This document shows positions 1 through 12,161 of a DNA stretch of 64,000 bases, one piece after another. Position 1 is the first letter of the stretch. Each line of letters begins with the position of its first letter. This DNA comes from Rivularia sp. (in: cyanobacteria) (lineage in GTDB: Bacteria; Cyanobacteriota; Cyanobacteriia; Cyanobacteriales; Nostocaceae). Under the pieces are notes generated by a model. The model was not told the origin of the DNA. It saw only the letters and a list, made by a program, of their open reading frames with translations, and did not search any database. The position numbers and the translations under genes were made by a program. The stretch covers positions 1,672,728 through 1,736,727 of the forward strand of contig OZ245322.1 of NCBI GenBank assembly GCA_965225665.1. The letters are read 5' to 3'.

Positions 1-1110
1 TTTAAGTAAGTTTTAGGTGCGATTTTGAAAGGTGCTACTGCTAATGTAAGTCCAGAAAATATTAAACCGTCATCAACTGGGTTATCTCTAGAAGAAAAGA
101 TATTACTGGTATGAAAGTAGCCTACACGACCCTAGCAAATAGCCTACAGGTTTAAACTTTTCTTCAGTTTTTTCTATTGGCGGTGGTTGTTTTTGCTCTA
201 AAGGCTGCGGTGGCTCCGGAACTTTTATCGCTCTAATAGTGCCTAATTCATTGTTAATAGAATACTGTTTTTCTTCTTCTTTGTTCTCTTCGAGTAGCTG
301 CAATAGCTTTTTTAATCTTATGGAGCGCTCGTCTTCAAGAGTATCCAATTTTTGTTCGACTTCTTCAGGAGAAGTTGCAGGAAAATCTGTAGGTTGACTT
401 TCTAAAGGTGGAGGATTTTTTTCGACATTTTCTGGAGTGGGTGGTGGTGGCTCCGGATTTTGCACTATTTTTACCGATATCGGAGGTAATTCCTTATTTG
501 GATTTGAGAAGTCCGAAAATTCTGGGAGTACAATATTTTTTTCTGGAGATATAATATTTTTATCTGTAGCGCTTGTATCCTTTATAGATGGCAAAATGAT
601 TCCATCTTCTAACGGTTCTGAAATAATCTTATTCTGCACCGATTGTGAAACAATTGCATCTTTTAACGGTTCTGAAATAATAGGCAGCGAAATGCTTTCT
701 CTAAATCTTTGCTTTCCCACCGATGCTTGCATTTTACTGTCGGAAGTATTCGCGTGATGAATTTTCGATTGCAAGATTACCGAAGTATTTTTATTTTGTT
801 TTATTTTCTTCGTATCCTCTGCTTTAAGGCGATTACCTGCGATAGAGCTATCTCTTATGTGCTTCGGAAACGCTGCGCTAACAGAGACGCTCCGCGAACG
901 CTTAACACCATTTGAGGAAGATTTCTCAAATGATTTAGAAATGAATCCTAATTTCTCCGGAAATGATATTTTTGATACCAATTCTCGTTGCTTGGTTTGT
1001 CGGCTTGAATTGGTAGCTTTTACCACTTCTAAGTTTGTAAAACATAATGTTGTACTGCCAGACGCGAATATTGCATATAAACACAATTTTTTCCAATCTT
1101 TCGATTTCAT
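1..1110 (-). CDS. Secreted, Pro-rich hypothetical protein; C-terminal part (possibly an outer-membrane domain) runs off the window edge; one frameshift near 131
   Basis: Signal-peptide-like N-terminus and Pro/Glu-rich middle. Removing one base from CCC at 130-132 continues the frame as GRVGYFHTSNIFSSRDNPVDDGLIFSGLTLAVAPFKIAPKTYL to the window edge. Confidence 0.6.
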
Positions 1111-1465
1111 ATTAAAACTTGTTTTAGTTTGATTAAATTCAAGAATAATTATTACAACTACTTTGCCTACAATCTGAAATTCCGCACCAAATTAATATCT
1201 ATTATTTATTGAGATAATAACGAAATTATTAGATAATTATTTCTAATAACGAGCTTAATTACTAATAAGATTTTCTTTAGTATCGCAAAATAATTTTAAA
1301 GCTAATACTATATAGTAGATTCGCTTATTTTATATTGAATTATTAAAGCAATTTAAGCAGAATTACGTAAAATAATTGCTATAACAGTTTACAGGCTCGA
1401 ATTTTTTACTCCGCTGCCCGTGTTGGCCGGTGTGGTAATTGTAAAATTATGCAAGGCACACAATT

Positions 1466-3354
1466 ATGTTTCGCAAGTTAGTTCCTTTGGCGATCGCCAG
1501 CTTATGGGGAGTTGTATTGATACCGCTACCGCATACTGCGGCAAATGCATCAACTCCTTTGACTAGGGCTGTAGTTAAGAAGTTGCATAACTGGGTACAA
1601 CTCATGCCTCGAAATCGACCAAAGCGTCGAGCGAGAAGAAGTGACAGGATGAATCCTGGGGATGGGTTGGCTACAGGTAGAGCTTCTTTAGCTGACTTGC
1701 GTTTCAATGATGGTTCTTTAGCGCGGATTGGCGAGCGAGCAGTATTTAGATTTTTGCCTAGGGGACTCGAACATTTAGACTATCGAACGGAACTGTATTG
1801 CTGCTTATACCACCAGGGCAGGGACAAACAAGAGTAAGAACTCGTAGTGCTGCTGCAACGATTCGTGGTTCGGCATTATTTGTACGTTATGACGAGCAAG
1901 CAGATACTACGGTTGTAGGTTCGCTAACTAATAGCGGTATAGAAGTTTTTAATAAAGATGAATCTCGCTCTCAAGTACTTAAAGCGGGACAATTTGTAGT
2001 AGTAGTTAAAGGAAGAATTGAGGGATTATATAATTTTGATTTAAGAACTTTTTACGATACAAGCGATTTAGTGCGAGGGCTGGATTTAACAACGCCTAGC
2101 GATACTTCTTCAGATCCTGCTATGGCTAGCGTTCAAGCAGAAACCTCTGAAGCTTTAACAAAACAGGTGCCGATTGTTGGCGATAAAGTAATTGAAAATC
2201 CATCTTTTATAGAATTGAGTCCTGTTTCTTCAGATATACCGGGTGAAGAAGTTGGTCAAACAGATATATTACCAGTAAATCCTTTAGATACTGAGCAAAT
2301 TATTATAAATACTCCAGATAAAAAGGAAGATGAATCAGCTTCTGATAACGATAATACAGTAACGCCGCAGACTCCCATAACTCCAGCAACTCCGACAAAA
2401 CCACCAACAACAGGTGGCGGTACTCCAACAACACCAACAACTCCAACAACAGGTGGCGGTACCCCAACAACTCCAACAACAGGTGGCGGTACCCCAACAA
2501 CACCAGCGCCAGAACCACCAACAGGTGGCGGTACCCCAACAACACCAACAACTCCAACAACACCAGCGCCAGAACCACCAACAGGTGGCGGTACCCCAAC
2601 AACACCAACAACTCCAACAACAGGCGGCGGTACCCCAACAACACCAACAACACCAACAACACCAGCGCCAGAACCACCAACAGGTGGCGGTACCCCAACA
2701 ACACCAACAACTCCAACAACACCAGCGCCAGAACCACCAACAGGTGGCGGTACCCCAACAACACCAACAACTCCAACAACACCAACGCCAGAACCACCAA
2801 CAGGTGGCGGTACCCCAACAACACCAACAACACCAACAACACCAGCGCCAGAACCACCAACAGGTGGCGGTACCCCAACAACACCAACAACACCAACAAC
2901 ACCAGCGCCAGAACCACCAACAGGTGGCGGTACCCCAACAACACCAACAACACCAACAACACCAGCGCCAGAACCACCAACAGGTGGCGGTACCCCAACA
3001 ACACCAACAACACCAACAACACCAGCGCCAAAACCAGAACCAAAACCAGAACCACCAGCGCCGAAACCAGAACCACCAGCACCAAAACCAGAACCACCAG
3101 CGCCTAAACCAGAACCAAAACCAGAACCACCAGCACCAAAACCAGAACCAAAACCAGAACCACCAGCGCCGAAACCAGAACCAAAACCAGAACCACCAGC
3201 GCCTAAACCAGAACCAAAACCAGAACCACCAGCACCAACAACACCAGCGCCAGAACCACCAGCGCCGAAACCAGAACCACCAACACCAACAACACCAGCG
3301 CCAGAACCACCAACACCAACAAATCCACCGGAGAAACCTCCGATATCTACTTAG
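1466..3354 (+). CDS. FecR-domain secreted protein with long Pro/Thr-rich repeat tail (~628 aa after frameshift repair)
   Basis: ORFs 1466-1837 and 1798-3354 join at GGGG 1761-1764, giving FLP.TRTFRLSNGTVLLLIPPG. Signal peptide, plus FecR-like motifs (GD.L.TG..S.A.L.F.DGS..R.G, TRSAAATIRGS). Confidence 0.8.
2380..3330 (+). repeat. Coding tandem repeats: 60-bp units encoding TGGGTPTTPTTPTTPAPEPP, followed by (A)PKPEP(KPEP)P units
   Basis: Exact 60-bp periodicity is visible across consecutive sequence lines 2641-3000; 12/18/30-bp units follow. Confidence 0.95.
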
Positions 3355-3368
3355 ATAACCAATTGCGC

Positions 3369-5712
3369 TTAATTATTATTCCAAGGTTCTGTAGGAGCAT
3401 CTGAATCCTTTAGAGATACAGTATCTATTGATGAGTTGTCTGTGAATAAATTGGAAGAAGTAGAACCTGTCAAATCATAAAGTGCTTGAAGTACTTCTAT
3501 GGCTGACTGATACCTGGAATGATGGTCATCAAGTATCATTTTGCTGAGAATTTGAGCAAAAGCAATACTGATAGTTGCTTTGTCAACCCATTCAACTTCT
3601 TGGTTTTCATCTGTTGGCAACTCATGAGGGGGTATACCAGTTAAGGCAAAGATACCGATCATTCCTACAGCATAAATATCGCTACTGTATTGCGGATAGC
3701 CCAAACATTGTTCTCGTGGTGCATAACCCTTGGTACCAATACCAATCGTAAAAGCTGTTTGTTCTTGAGAATTGAGTACTTGAGTCGATACTTGTTTTAC
3801 AGCACCAAAGTCAATCAACACTAACTTTTCGTCCAATCTGCGTCGTATAATGTTGCTGGGCTTAATATCACGGTGGATTACACCTTTGTTATGCACAAAC
3901 ACTAATGTTTGCAATATATCTTTGAGAATTTCAATTACTGCTGGTTCTGGAATACGTTTACCTAAAAGTATTTCTCGATTTAAGGGGCCACCGATAATAT
4001 GTTCTTGAACCAAATAAAATTCTTCTTCTTCTTCAAAATAAGCTAGAAGTTGGGGTATTTGATTGTAGTTTCCTAATACTTGTAGGGTTTGCGCTTCTGA
4101 TTTAAATAAGCGTCTGGCTACTTGTAATTGTTCCGATCTGTTATTGACTGGCTTTAGCTGTTTAACAACACATCGAGGATTGCCTGGAAGTCTGGTATCT
4201 TCAGCGATATAAGTTTCGCTAAATCCGCCCGAACCTAAAACTTCGACTATTTTATATCTACCGTCTAGTACTTTACCGGATATTTCTTTTAAGCGCTGTC
4301 CTAATAAATCTTTTAAATCTTCCTGCTGAGATATTATCTCCTGTACGACGCGATTAGAAGCGTGCTTTTGTAAAATATCAACTAGCTGAGTTTTTCTTAA
4401 CTTTTCCCGAGCTACTTCGGTTCCAAAATAGCAAAATCCAACCGTACATATTGTAATTATTGGTAGGCTCGTGGGAAGAATTAACTGAGCGTAGACAAAT
4501 AAACTGTAACTAATTAATCCCCAAATGGTTGCCAGCACAAGGCTTGCTGCAAGTCTATTTGTTCCTTGTCTGACTCTGGCAATTATAAGCGTAGATCCAC
4601 CAACTAAAACGAGTATAAAGAAACTCCGGTGTAATGAAGAAGAAAGTGGAGAAACAATCGTTTTCCCTTGCATCAAAGTTGCGATCGCGTGGGCGTGAAT
4701 TTCGACTCCATACATTTTTTCTGGATATAGCCACTCAGAAGATACGGCGACAGAGCGGTAATTTTCTCCTTTGTGCGTTCTAGCTGTAGAGCCGATGATA
4801 ACGATTTTATCTTTAAAAAACTTTCCAGAACCTAAATTTGTATCCCAAAATTCTGGATCGAATAAATTCCAAAAAGAGCGAGTCTCGAATGTCTGTGCCC
4901 CTCCATAAAAATGAATGCGATCGCCTTTTGGCTGGGGATATTTGATACCGGCGGCCAAAAGTACGGATTGATCGAATGAGGGTATAACGCTGGGAACTAT
5001 GTCATCCTGCTCCGCTAATAGCTTGGGAAATACGCTTGCTAACCGATGAACTTTGCCATCTATTTCCAGGGGAAAATTTGCGGAACCTATAGATACTGAA
5101 CCCGTGCGAAATTGCTTATGAGGTAGGACTAATTGCCAAGAAATTCCTTGGTATGACTCAGATTTTTCGTAAAGTGCGGCTAAGGTTACTTTGTTTCCAT
5201 AACGCTCTAACACTTCAGTAAACTCTCGATCGTCGGCTTTCCCGTTCCTGCTTGGGTAATCGAAAAGTATATCTATGGCAACATGACGCGCTCCAGCTTC
5301 AATTAATTTCTTAATAGCTTCACCGTATACTTTGCGCTGAAAGGGATAAGACTTGAGCGGTTCTAAATAAGCGTACTCAACCGGATTTATTTCATAAGAT
5401 TCCTTGGGGCGCGATATTGACTCATTATCTATTGCCAAAATGACAATATCTTTTGGAGGAGTCACCTTTCCCCGAAGTACATAAAAAAGGCTTTCTGCTT
5501 GGTTTTCTATCCAAGCCGTCAAATTAGAACTAGAACCTGCTAGTAATACAGCCCCTAAAACCGAAGCACCACCAAGAATATGACCCCAAACGAGCCATCA
5601 TCTTAAATGACTGTGCCGACACTGTGGAAGTACCTTGCTTAGGAAGGTTCAGTAGTTTCTTGGCAGCAGACACATATTTTTTAGTTGTGTTATATGTAGG
5701 ATCTTCTGCCAT
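3369..5712 (-). CDS. CHASE2-domain transmembrane Ser/Thr (Hanks) protein kinase (~780 aa after repair)
   Basis: ORF 5530-5712 joins 3369-5522 by removing one base at CCCC 5584-5587 (ARLGHILGGASVLGAVLL = TM). CHASE2 motifs (IVILAIDNES, DILFD, GVEIHA), 3 TM helices, and kinase motifs GSGGFS, HRDIKPSN, DFG. Confidence 0.9.
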
Positions 5713-6777
5713 ATTGTATTTAGAGTTGATTTACGTACAATAATCCAATGCCGTCTTAGTTTACACATTTATTTGTGCAAGCTACCCAATTGATACTACT
5801 TAAACGAAACTATATAGATATGAAAATATTATACTTCTATAAACTATCATCTGATGTTGTTTTTTGTTGCCCTAATAAGACTAACTTTTTTGTTCTCAGA
5901 ATCAATACCGCTTAACTTATAGTCGAAAGATGTTTCCTTAAGTTTGATTTATGTACAATATGCGGGCAAATTAGCGATTATAGCCGTATGTGTTTTAGGT
6001 AAGAATATGTATGTTTTATATTCTAATTATATGTAACTAAAGTAAATCTGCGGGTTTACGCTTTGATGTTGAATTATTTTTACAAGTAAGTTTAAATACA
6101 GCAAAAATATTTTTCAGAAGTCCCTTGGAAATGCTGCAATGGCTTAACAATACAATATCGAGTTGAGCTTTGCGTTTCGGGGTGAGTTTTGACTCAAACT
6201 TATTACGACACTTGACTAGTAAGATGATTTATTGTCTGAAACTGGGTACCCTATTATTTGTAAGTTATCGTTAAAATTTTCTAATAATCACTGCCTTTTA
6301 AATACTCTGAAGCCGTTATAGCGCCTTCTGGGAGTTCTTAACACAGATGAAAAACCAAGTATTTTTAATTTTTGACCATAGCAACAACATAGTGGTATTT
6401 ATTCAAACTCATGAAAACCACGATTATTCCCTTAAGAGCGTAGGAAACTAAGCGCGTCAAACTAGGCGTTTGAGAGTTACTTACTACCACCTTTAGGAGT
6501 AAACTTAACTAATATACAGCTAAAAATTCTGTTACTTAGTCAATTTTATTGGTAGATTTTGATTATAGGGTGCTTATAGCATATTAAAAGTGAAAAACAC
6601 TCACTATGTGTTTTAACCACAATTTTATGTTTTAGTCAATCTCTTAAATTGAATTTTGATAGATAAAAGCTATACATGACAATATAATTTATATAAAAAG
6701 GGCGAATTTGTCATTTTATTATTGCTATAATCTATTGTTCAATCTGGATTCATTTATATTTAATGGTGTAATTTCCT

Positions 6778-7299
6778 ATGGAATCTCGTATGACTCGTCT
6801 GTCTATTTTTGTAGACGGAAATAATATGTTCTATGCTCAACAAAAGAACGGTTGGTTTTTCGATCCGCGACGAGTATTAGAATACTTCAAATACGAACAT
6901 ATACATACAGATTTAATCAATGCATTTTGGTATACAGGCTTAAAAGACCCACAGGATCAACGAGGTTTTCGGGATGCTCTAATTAGTTTAGGATATACAG
7001 TACGAACTAAAATACTCAAAGAATATTATGATGATTCCTCCGGACGTTACTCTCAAAAAGCTAATTTAGATATTGAAATTGTCGTAGATATGTTTAATAC
7101 AGTAGACCAATATGACAAAGTAATATTATTTAGTGGAGATGGAGATTTTGAAAGAGCAATTGAATTATTACGCTCGAAAAACACTCATATAACTGTCGTG
7201 TCTACAGAGGGAATGATAGCACGAGAATTACGTAATGTTACCGATAGATATATAGATTTAAACGAAATTAGAAACAGTATAGAAAAAACTGAAGCTTAA
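6778..7299 (+). CDS. labA: LabA-family NYN-domain protein (circadian feedback protein LabA)
   Basis: IFVDGNNMFYAQQKNGWFFDPRRVL, DMFN and LFSGDGDFERAIELLR match cyanobacterial LabA. Confidence 0.85.
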   Translation: MESRMTRLSIFVDGNNMFYAQQKNGWFFDPRRVLEYFKYEHIHTDLINAFWYTGLKDPQDQRGFRDALISLGYTVRTKILKEYYDDSSGRYSQKANLDIEIVVDMFNTVDQYDKVILFSGDGDFERAIELLRSKNTHITVVSTEGMIARELRNVTDRYIDLNEIRNSIEKTEA

Positions 7300-7373
7300 T
7301 AATCTTTACAATTATTTAGAAAATTAATAGTAAAAAAAATTAAACTAGAAAGTATTGCTCCGGCACCTTCGAT

Positions 7374-8988
7374 ATGAACGACAAAAACAGGGTTATGAAA
7401 ACAAATCCAGAACGAATCATTATTTTTGATACCACTCTCCGCGATGGAGAACAATCTCCCGGAGCAGCGTTGAATATCGATGAAAAGTTGGCGATCGCCA
7501 AGCAGCTAGCTCGTTTGGGTGTGGATGTCATTGAAGCGGGTTTTGCTGTTACAAGCCCTGGAGATTTTGAAGCTGTTAGCAAAATCGCTCAAACTGTAGG
7601 TACCGAAGATGGCCCGGTAATCTGTAGTTTGGCAAGAGCAATTAAAAACGATATTAAAGCAGCAGCCGAAGCTTTAAAACCTGCTGTGAACGGAAGAATT
7701 CACACTTTTATTTCAACTTCTGATATCCACTTAAAATATCAGTTAAAGAAAACTAGGGAAGAAGTGCTATCAATAGCAGAAGAAATGGTTGCTTACTCAA
7801 AATCTTTTATAGAAGATGTAGAGTTTTCTCCAATGGATGCAGTACGTTCCGATCCAGAATATCTTTATCAAGTATTAGAAAAAGTAATTGCAGCCGGAGC
7901 AACAACAGTTAATATTCCCGATACTGTTGGTTATACAACTCCGAGCGAATTTGGAGCCTTAATTAAAGGAATTAAAGATAATGTTCCAAACATTGATAAA
8001 GCAATTATTTCGGTTCACGGACACAACGATTTAGGTTTAGCTGTTGCTAACTTTTTAGAAGCAGTAAAAAATGGTGCTAGACAATTAGAATGTACCATCA
8101 ATGGTATTGGAGAACGTGCGGGGAATGCAGCTTTAGAAGAATTAGTCATGGCTTTGCACGTTCGTAGGCAATATTTTAATCCTTTCTTAGGAAGAGATGT
8201 AGATTCGGAAGCACTATTAACTAATATTGACACCAAACAGATATATAAAACCTCTCGTTTGGTTTCCAACTTAACGGGAATGATGGTACAGCCAAACAAA
8301 GCAATTGTCGGAACAAATGCTTTTGCTCATGAATCCGGAATTCATCAAGATGGCGTGTTAAAAAACAAGCTTACTTATGAAATAATGGATGCCGAATCAA
8401 TTGGTTTGACAGAAAATAAAATTGTTTTGGGCAAGCTATCTGGAAGAAATGCCGTTCGTAGTCGTTTGAAAGAATTAGGCTTTGAACTGTCAGAAAATGA
8501 ATTAAACAAAGCATTTGTTCGATTTAAAGAAGTTGCTGATAAAAAGAAAGAAATTACCGATTGGGATTTAGAAGCGCTTGTTAATGATGAAATTCAACAA
8601 GCACCCGAATTGTTCAAGTTGGAATTGGTACAGGTTTCCTGTGGTAGCAATGCAAGTCCCTACCGCAACCGTAACTCTACGCAATCCAGAAGGAGAAGAA
8701 TTAATCGATGCAGCGATTGGTACTGGTCCTGTAGATGCTGTATACAAAGCAATAAACCGCGTAGTAAATGTACCGAATAACTTGATTGAGTTTTCCGTAC
8801 AATCGGTAACTGCTGGTATTGATGCGATTGGAGAAGTAACGATTCGCTTGAAGTATGAAGATAAGATATATTCAGGACGCTCGGCGAATACAGACATTAT
8901 CGTTGCATCGGCGCAGGCTTATGTAAATGCACTTAACCGTTTGTATGGTGCATTACTGAGTAAGCGAAAGCAGGAAGTGAGTGCTTAG
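7374..8988 (+). CDS. leuA: 2-isopropylmalate synthase (frameshift at CCC 8658-8660)
   Basis: [25 protein letters not shown] motifs; ORF 8578-8988 supplies the regulatory C-terminal domain (GTGPVDA). Confidence 0.95.
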
Positions 8989-9023
8989 TATAGATTGTTT
9001 GAAGAATAGTTTTGGAAATAAAG

Positions 9024-9056
9024 AAACCCGGTATCTTATAGATAGCGGGTTTTTTT
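9024..9056 (+). terminator. Rho-independent terminator after leuA
   Basis: Stem AAACCCGGTATC / GATAGCGGGTTT followed by a T run. Confidence 0.7.
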
Positions 9057-9153
9057 AGTAAGAATAAAATTTTTGCATAATCGAAACCTCACCCTCGCTT
9101 TACCTACGGTAAATCTTTCCCTCTCCTTCCGCCAGGAGAAGGATAATTATTAG

Positions 9154-10617
9154 TTATTTAGAAATTATTCCAGATAATCTACGAATTCCCTCGGTAAGCT
9201 GTGTTTTTGTCAAATCGCCGTAACCGAAAATAAACTCACCCGTGGGATGATTTACCAAATAATGGGGATTAGCAGACATCATTCCTATACCAACTGTTGC
9301 AGCCTTTTGAATAATTTCTTCGTCACTCAAGTTACTTTTGAAGCACACCATCAGGTGAATTCCGGCTTTTTCTCCTAAAATTTTGGCGCGTTTTCCAAAG
9401 TGTTTTTTTAAGGCTTTTACTAAAACTTGACGGCGTTTATCGTATATTGAACGCATTTTTCTGATATGACGTTCTAAATGTCCTTCGTTGATAAATTCTG
9501 CAAGCACTTGCTGTTCTAAAATTGGTAAATGTCTGTCATTCAACCATTTTGCACGGGTGAATATTGCAACCAAACTTTTTGGAAGTACTAAATAACCGAT
9601 TCGTAATGAAGGAAATAATACTTTTGAAAACGTCCCGATGTAAAGTACCGAATCGCTTTTATCTAATCCTTGTAATGCCGGAATTGGTTTTTCACCATAA
9701 CGAAATTCGCTATCATAATCATCTTCAATTATTAATCCCCCGCTTTGTTGCGCCCAATTTAGTAATTCTAAGCGTCGCGGTAATGATAAAATTGCTCCGG
9801 TGGGGAATTGATGGGAAGGTGTTACGTAAACTAATCGAATATTTTTTTGTGTAGAATCGGCTAATTCTTGTACTATTAAACCCGAATTATCCACGGAAAC
9901 GGGTAAAACATCAGCATTTTGAGTTTCAAATATAATTCTGGCGCTTAAATAACCGGGATTTTCAATTGCTATAGTTTCTCCCGGAGAAATTAATAAACGC
10001 AAAATTAAGTCGAGTGCTTGTTGGGTACCGTTAGTAATTAATATCTGCTCAGGTTGGCAATTTACCGCACGGGAGCGGGTAAGATAATGTGCGATCGCTT
10101 TTCGTAAAGGTTGATATCCTAAAGGCTCTGTTGAATAATCCAGCCAATCTAAGTTAGCGCTACAGTAACGCGATAATAATCTGCGCCATGTTTTGATCGG
10201 AAATTCGCTGAGTGCTGGTGTTCCATAACGAAAGTTGATTTGTAATTTCGCTTCTGGAATTCTGGGGACATTTTTCGTATTAACTAAATCTCCATATTGA
10301 GATAATTTAATTGGTGCAGAATTAATTTTTTTGATATTTTCAATTGGATTTGAGTAGATTAAATCGTCAGGAATTTGCTGACAAACAAAAGTGCCACTAC
10401 CCGTAACTGTTTCTAAATAACCTTCGCTTAAAAGCTGTTCGTAACTTGTGGTAACTGTAAAACGAGAAATTGACAGAGATTTAGCTAAAAAACGAGTTGA
10501 AGGAATTCGTTCCCCTGGTGTTAATCTTCCGGTGAGAATTGCTTGACGAAGTTGTTCGTAAAGTTGTTGGTGTAAGGGTTTTGATGAATTGTTGTTGAGA
10601 GTTATTGCTAAATCCAT
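9154..10617 (-). CDS. MocR/GabR-family GntR regulator with PLP-dependent aminotransferase domain
   Basis: N-terminal wHTH (LYEQLRQAILTG.L.PGERIPSTR), YVTPSHQFPTG, IIEDDYDSEF, GTFSK with PLP lysine. Confidence 0.93.
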   Translation of the reverse strand: MDLAITLNNNSSKPLHQQLYEQLRQAILTGRLTPGERIPSTRFLAKSLSISRFTVTTSYEQLLSEGYLETVTGSGTFVCQQIPDDLIYSNPIENIKKINSAPIKLSQYGDLVNTKNVPRIPEAKLQINFRYGTPALSEFPIKTWRRLLSRYCSANLDWLDYSTEPLGYQPLRKAIAHYLTRSRAVNCQPEQILITNGTQQALDLILRLLISPGETIAIENPGYLSARIIFETQNADVLPVSVDNSGLIVQELADSTQKNIRLVYVTPSHQFPTGAILSLPRRLELLNWAQQSGGLIIEDDYDSEFRYGEKPIPALQGLDKSDSVLYIGTFSKVLFPSLRIGYLVLPKSLVAIFTRAKWLNDRHLPILEQQVLAEFINEGHLERHIRKMRSIYDKRRQVLVKALKKHFGKRAKILGEKAGIHLMVCFKSNLSDEEIIQKAATVGIGMMSANPHYLVNHPTGEFIFGYGDLTKTQLTEGIRRLSGIISK

Positions 10618-10937
10618 AGAATGGATAAAGTAAATTTATAAATTATGATTTTAGAAACTGTATGTAAAAAGATGTAAATAATTCTTTGGAAATTTTGACA
10701 GCAGTTGCGATAGTAATTAAGTCATGCTTTAGAAATTATATAAAAATAGATAATTTGCCAAGCTAACAATAAAATTATCTTAAATTATCTACCTACAGTT
10801 TTACAATTTATATTTTTCTGAATCTTTCTTCGGGAAGAAGCCTAATGTGCAAACTATGAGCAAATATTTTAAATGTTACCAATTATCAAATGCCCAATTC
10901 CCAATTCTCAATGCCCAATTCCCAACCATAAATAACA

Positions 10938-11916
10938 ATGGCAGCAAGTAATTTTAAAGATTATTATCAGGTTCTGGGTGTAAGTAAAAGTGCGTCTCAG
11001 GATGATATCAAAAAAGCTTTCCGCAAACTGGCGAGAAAATATCATCCAGATTTGAATCCCGGTGACAAAAAAGCAGAAAACCGCTTTAAAGAAATCAACG
11101 AAGCTCAAGAAATACTTTCAGATCCCGAAAAACGGCAGAAATACGACCAATACGGGCAATATTGGCAGCAGGCAGCAAGTCAACGTCAGCAACAATCTCA
11201 ACCTGGTGCGACTCCCAGAGGGGGAGTTGGTGTAGATGTTGGTGGCTATGATTTTAGTAAGTACGGTAGCTTTGATGATTTTATTGAAGAACTTATTAGG
11301 GGTAAAGCTGGTAGTGGTGGTAGCAGAAGAAATTATTCTTATCGCACTTCCTCCGGTAGCGAGGGATTTAGCCAACCAGGGCAAGATGTAGAAGCAGCTA
11401 TTACGCTCAGTTTTTCTGAAGCTTTCAACGGAGTACAGCAACAGTTTAAATTGGGTGATGAGGCAATCAAAGTCCGCATTCCCCCTGGAGCAAAACCCGG
11501 TAGTCGTCTGCGAGTTAAAGGTAAAGGACAACCTAGCCCTTTCTCCGGTCAGCGCGGAGATTTATATTTAAATATAGAATTAAAACCCCATGCTTTTTTC
11601 AGTTTTGAAGATGATAATATCGTTTGCGAAGTCCCGATTACCCCTCCCGAAGCAGCTTTAGGAGCCGAAATCGATGTACCCACACCCGACGGTAACGTTA
11701 CCATGAAAATACCTTCAGGAATTGATTCCGGTCAATCTCTGCGGTTACGCGGCAAAGGCTGGCGCAAACCCAAAGGAGAAAGAAACCGACCAAATTGTCA
11801 AGCTAAAAATTGTTACACCAAAAGAATTAACCGACAAAGAAAAAGAATATTACGAAAAAATCCAGCAAGAAAGTAATTTTAATCCACGCAAACAGATTCT
11901 GGATTTTAGATTTTAG
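10938..11916 (+). CDS. cbpA: DnaJ-class co-chaperone, CbpA-like (J domain + DnaJ_C, no Zn finger); frameshift near 11784
   Basis: DYYQVLGV...HPD motif, G/F region, GDLY, LRLRGKG. Removing one A gives [13 protein letters not shown]. Adjacent to cbpM. Confidence 0.8.
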
Positions 11917-11940
11917 ATTTTGGATTGGGAATTAATTTTT

Positions 11941-12083
11941 GGCGTTGCTGATTCAAAATATGATGTGCCCCCCAATTCCCAATTATGGGGGAGAAATATA
12001 TTTTAAAGTCCCCCAAGATTAGGGGATTTAGGGGGCGCAACGCCAGATAGTAAAATAAATTCATATCTGTATTCAGCAACGCC
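11941..12083. mobile_element. 143-bp MITE with imperfect ~23-bp terminal inverted repeats and 8-bp target duplication
   Basis: Left end GGCGTTGCTGATTCAAAATATGA; right end, reverse-complemented, GGCGTTGCTGAATACAGATATGA. TAATTTTT flanks both sides (11933-11940, 12084-12091). Confidence 0.8.
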
Positions 12084-12161
12084 TAATTTTTCCTTGTCCC
12101 CTTGTCTCCCCATCTCCCCCTCTCCCCCTCTTCCCCCTCACCCATTTTCAGGTACTAACTT

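Noticed and set aside
2303-3358. Poly-Leu/Val (minus strand) and poly-Gln (plus strand, alternative frame) ORFs
   Set aside because: Shadow frames of the ACA/CCA-rich Pro/Thr repeat, which contains no stop codons in those frames.
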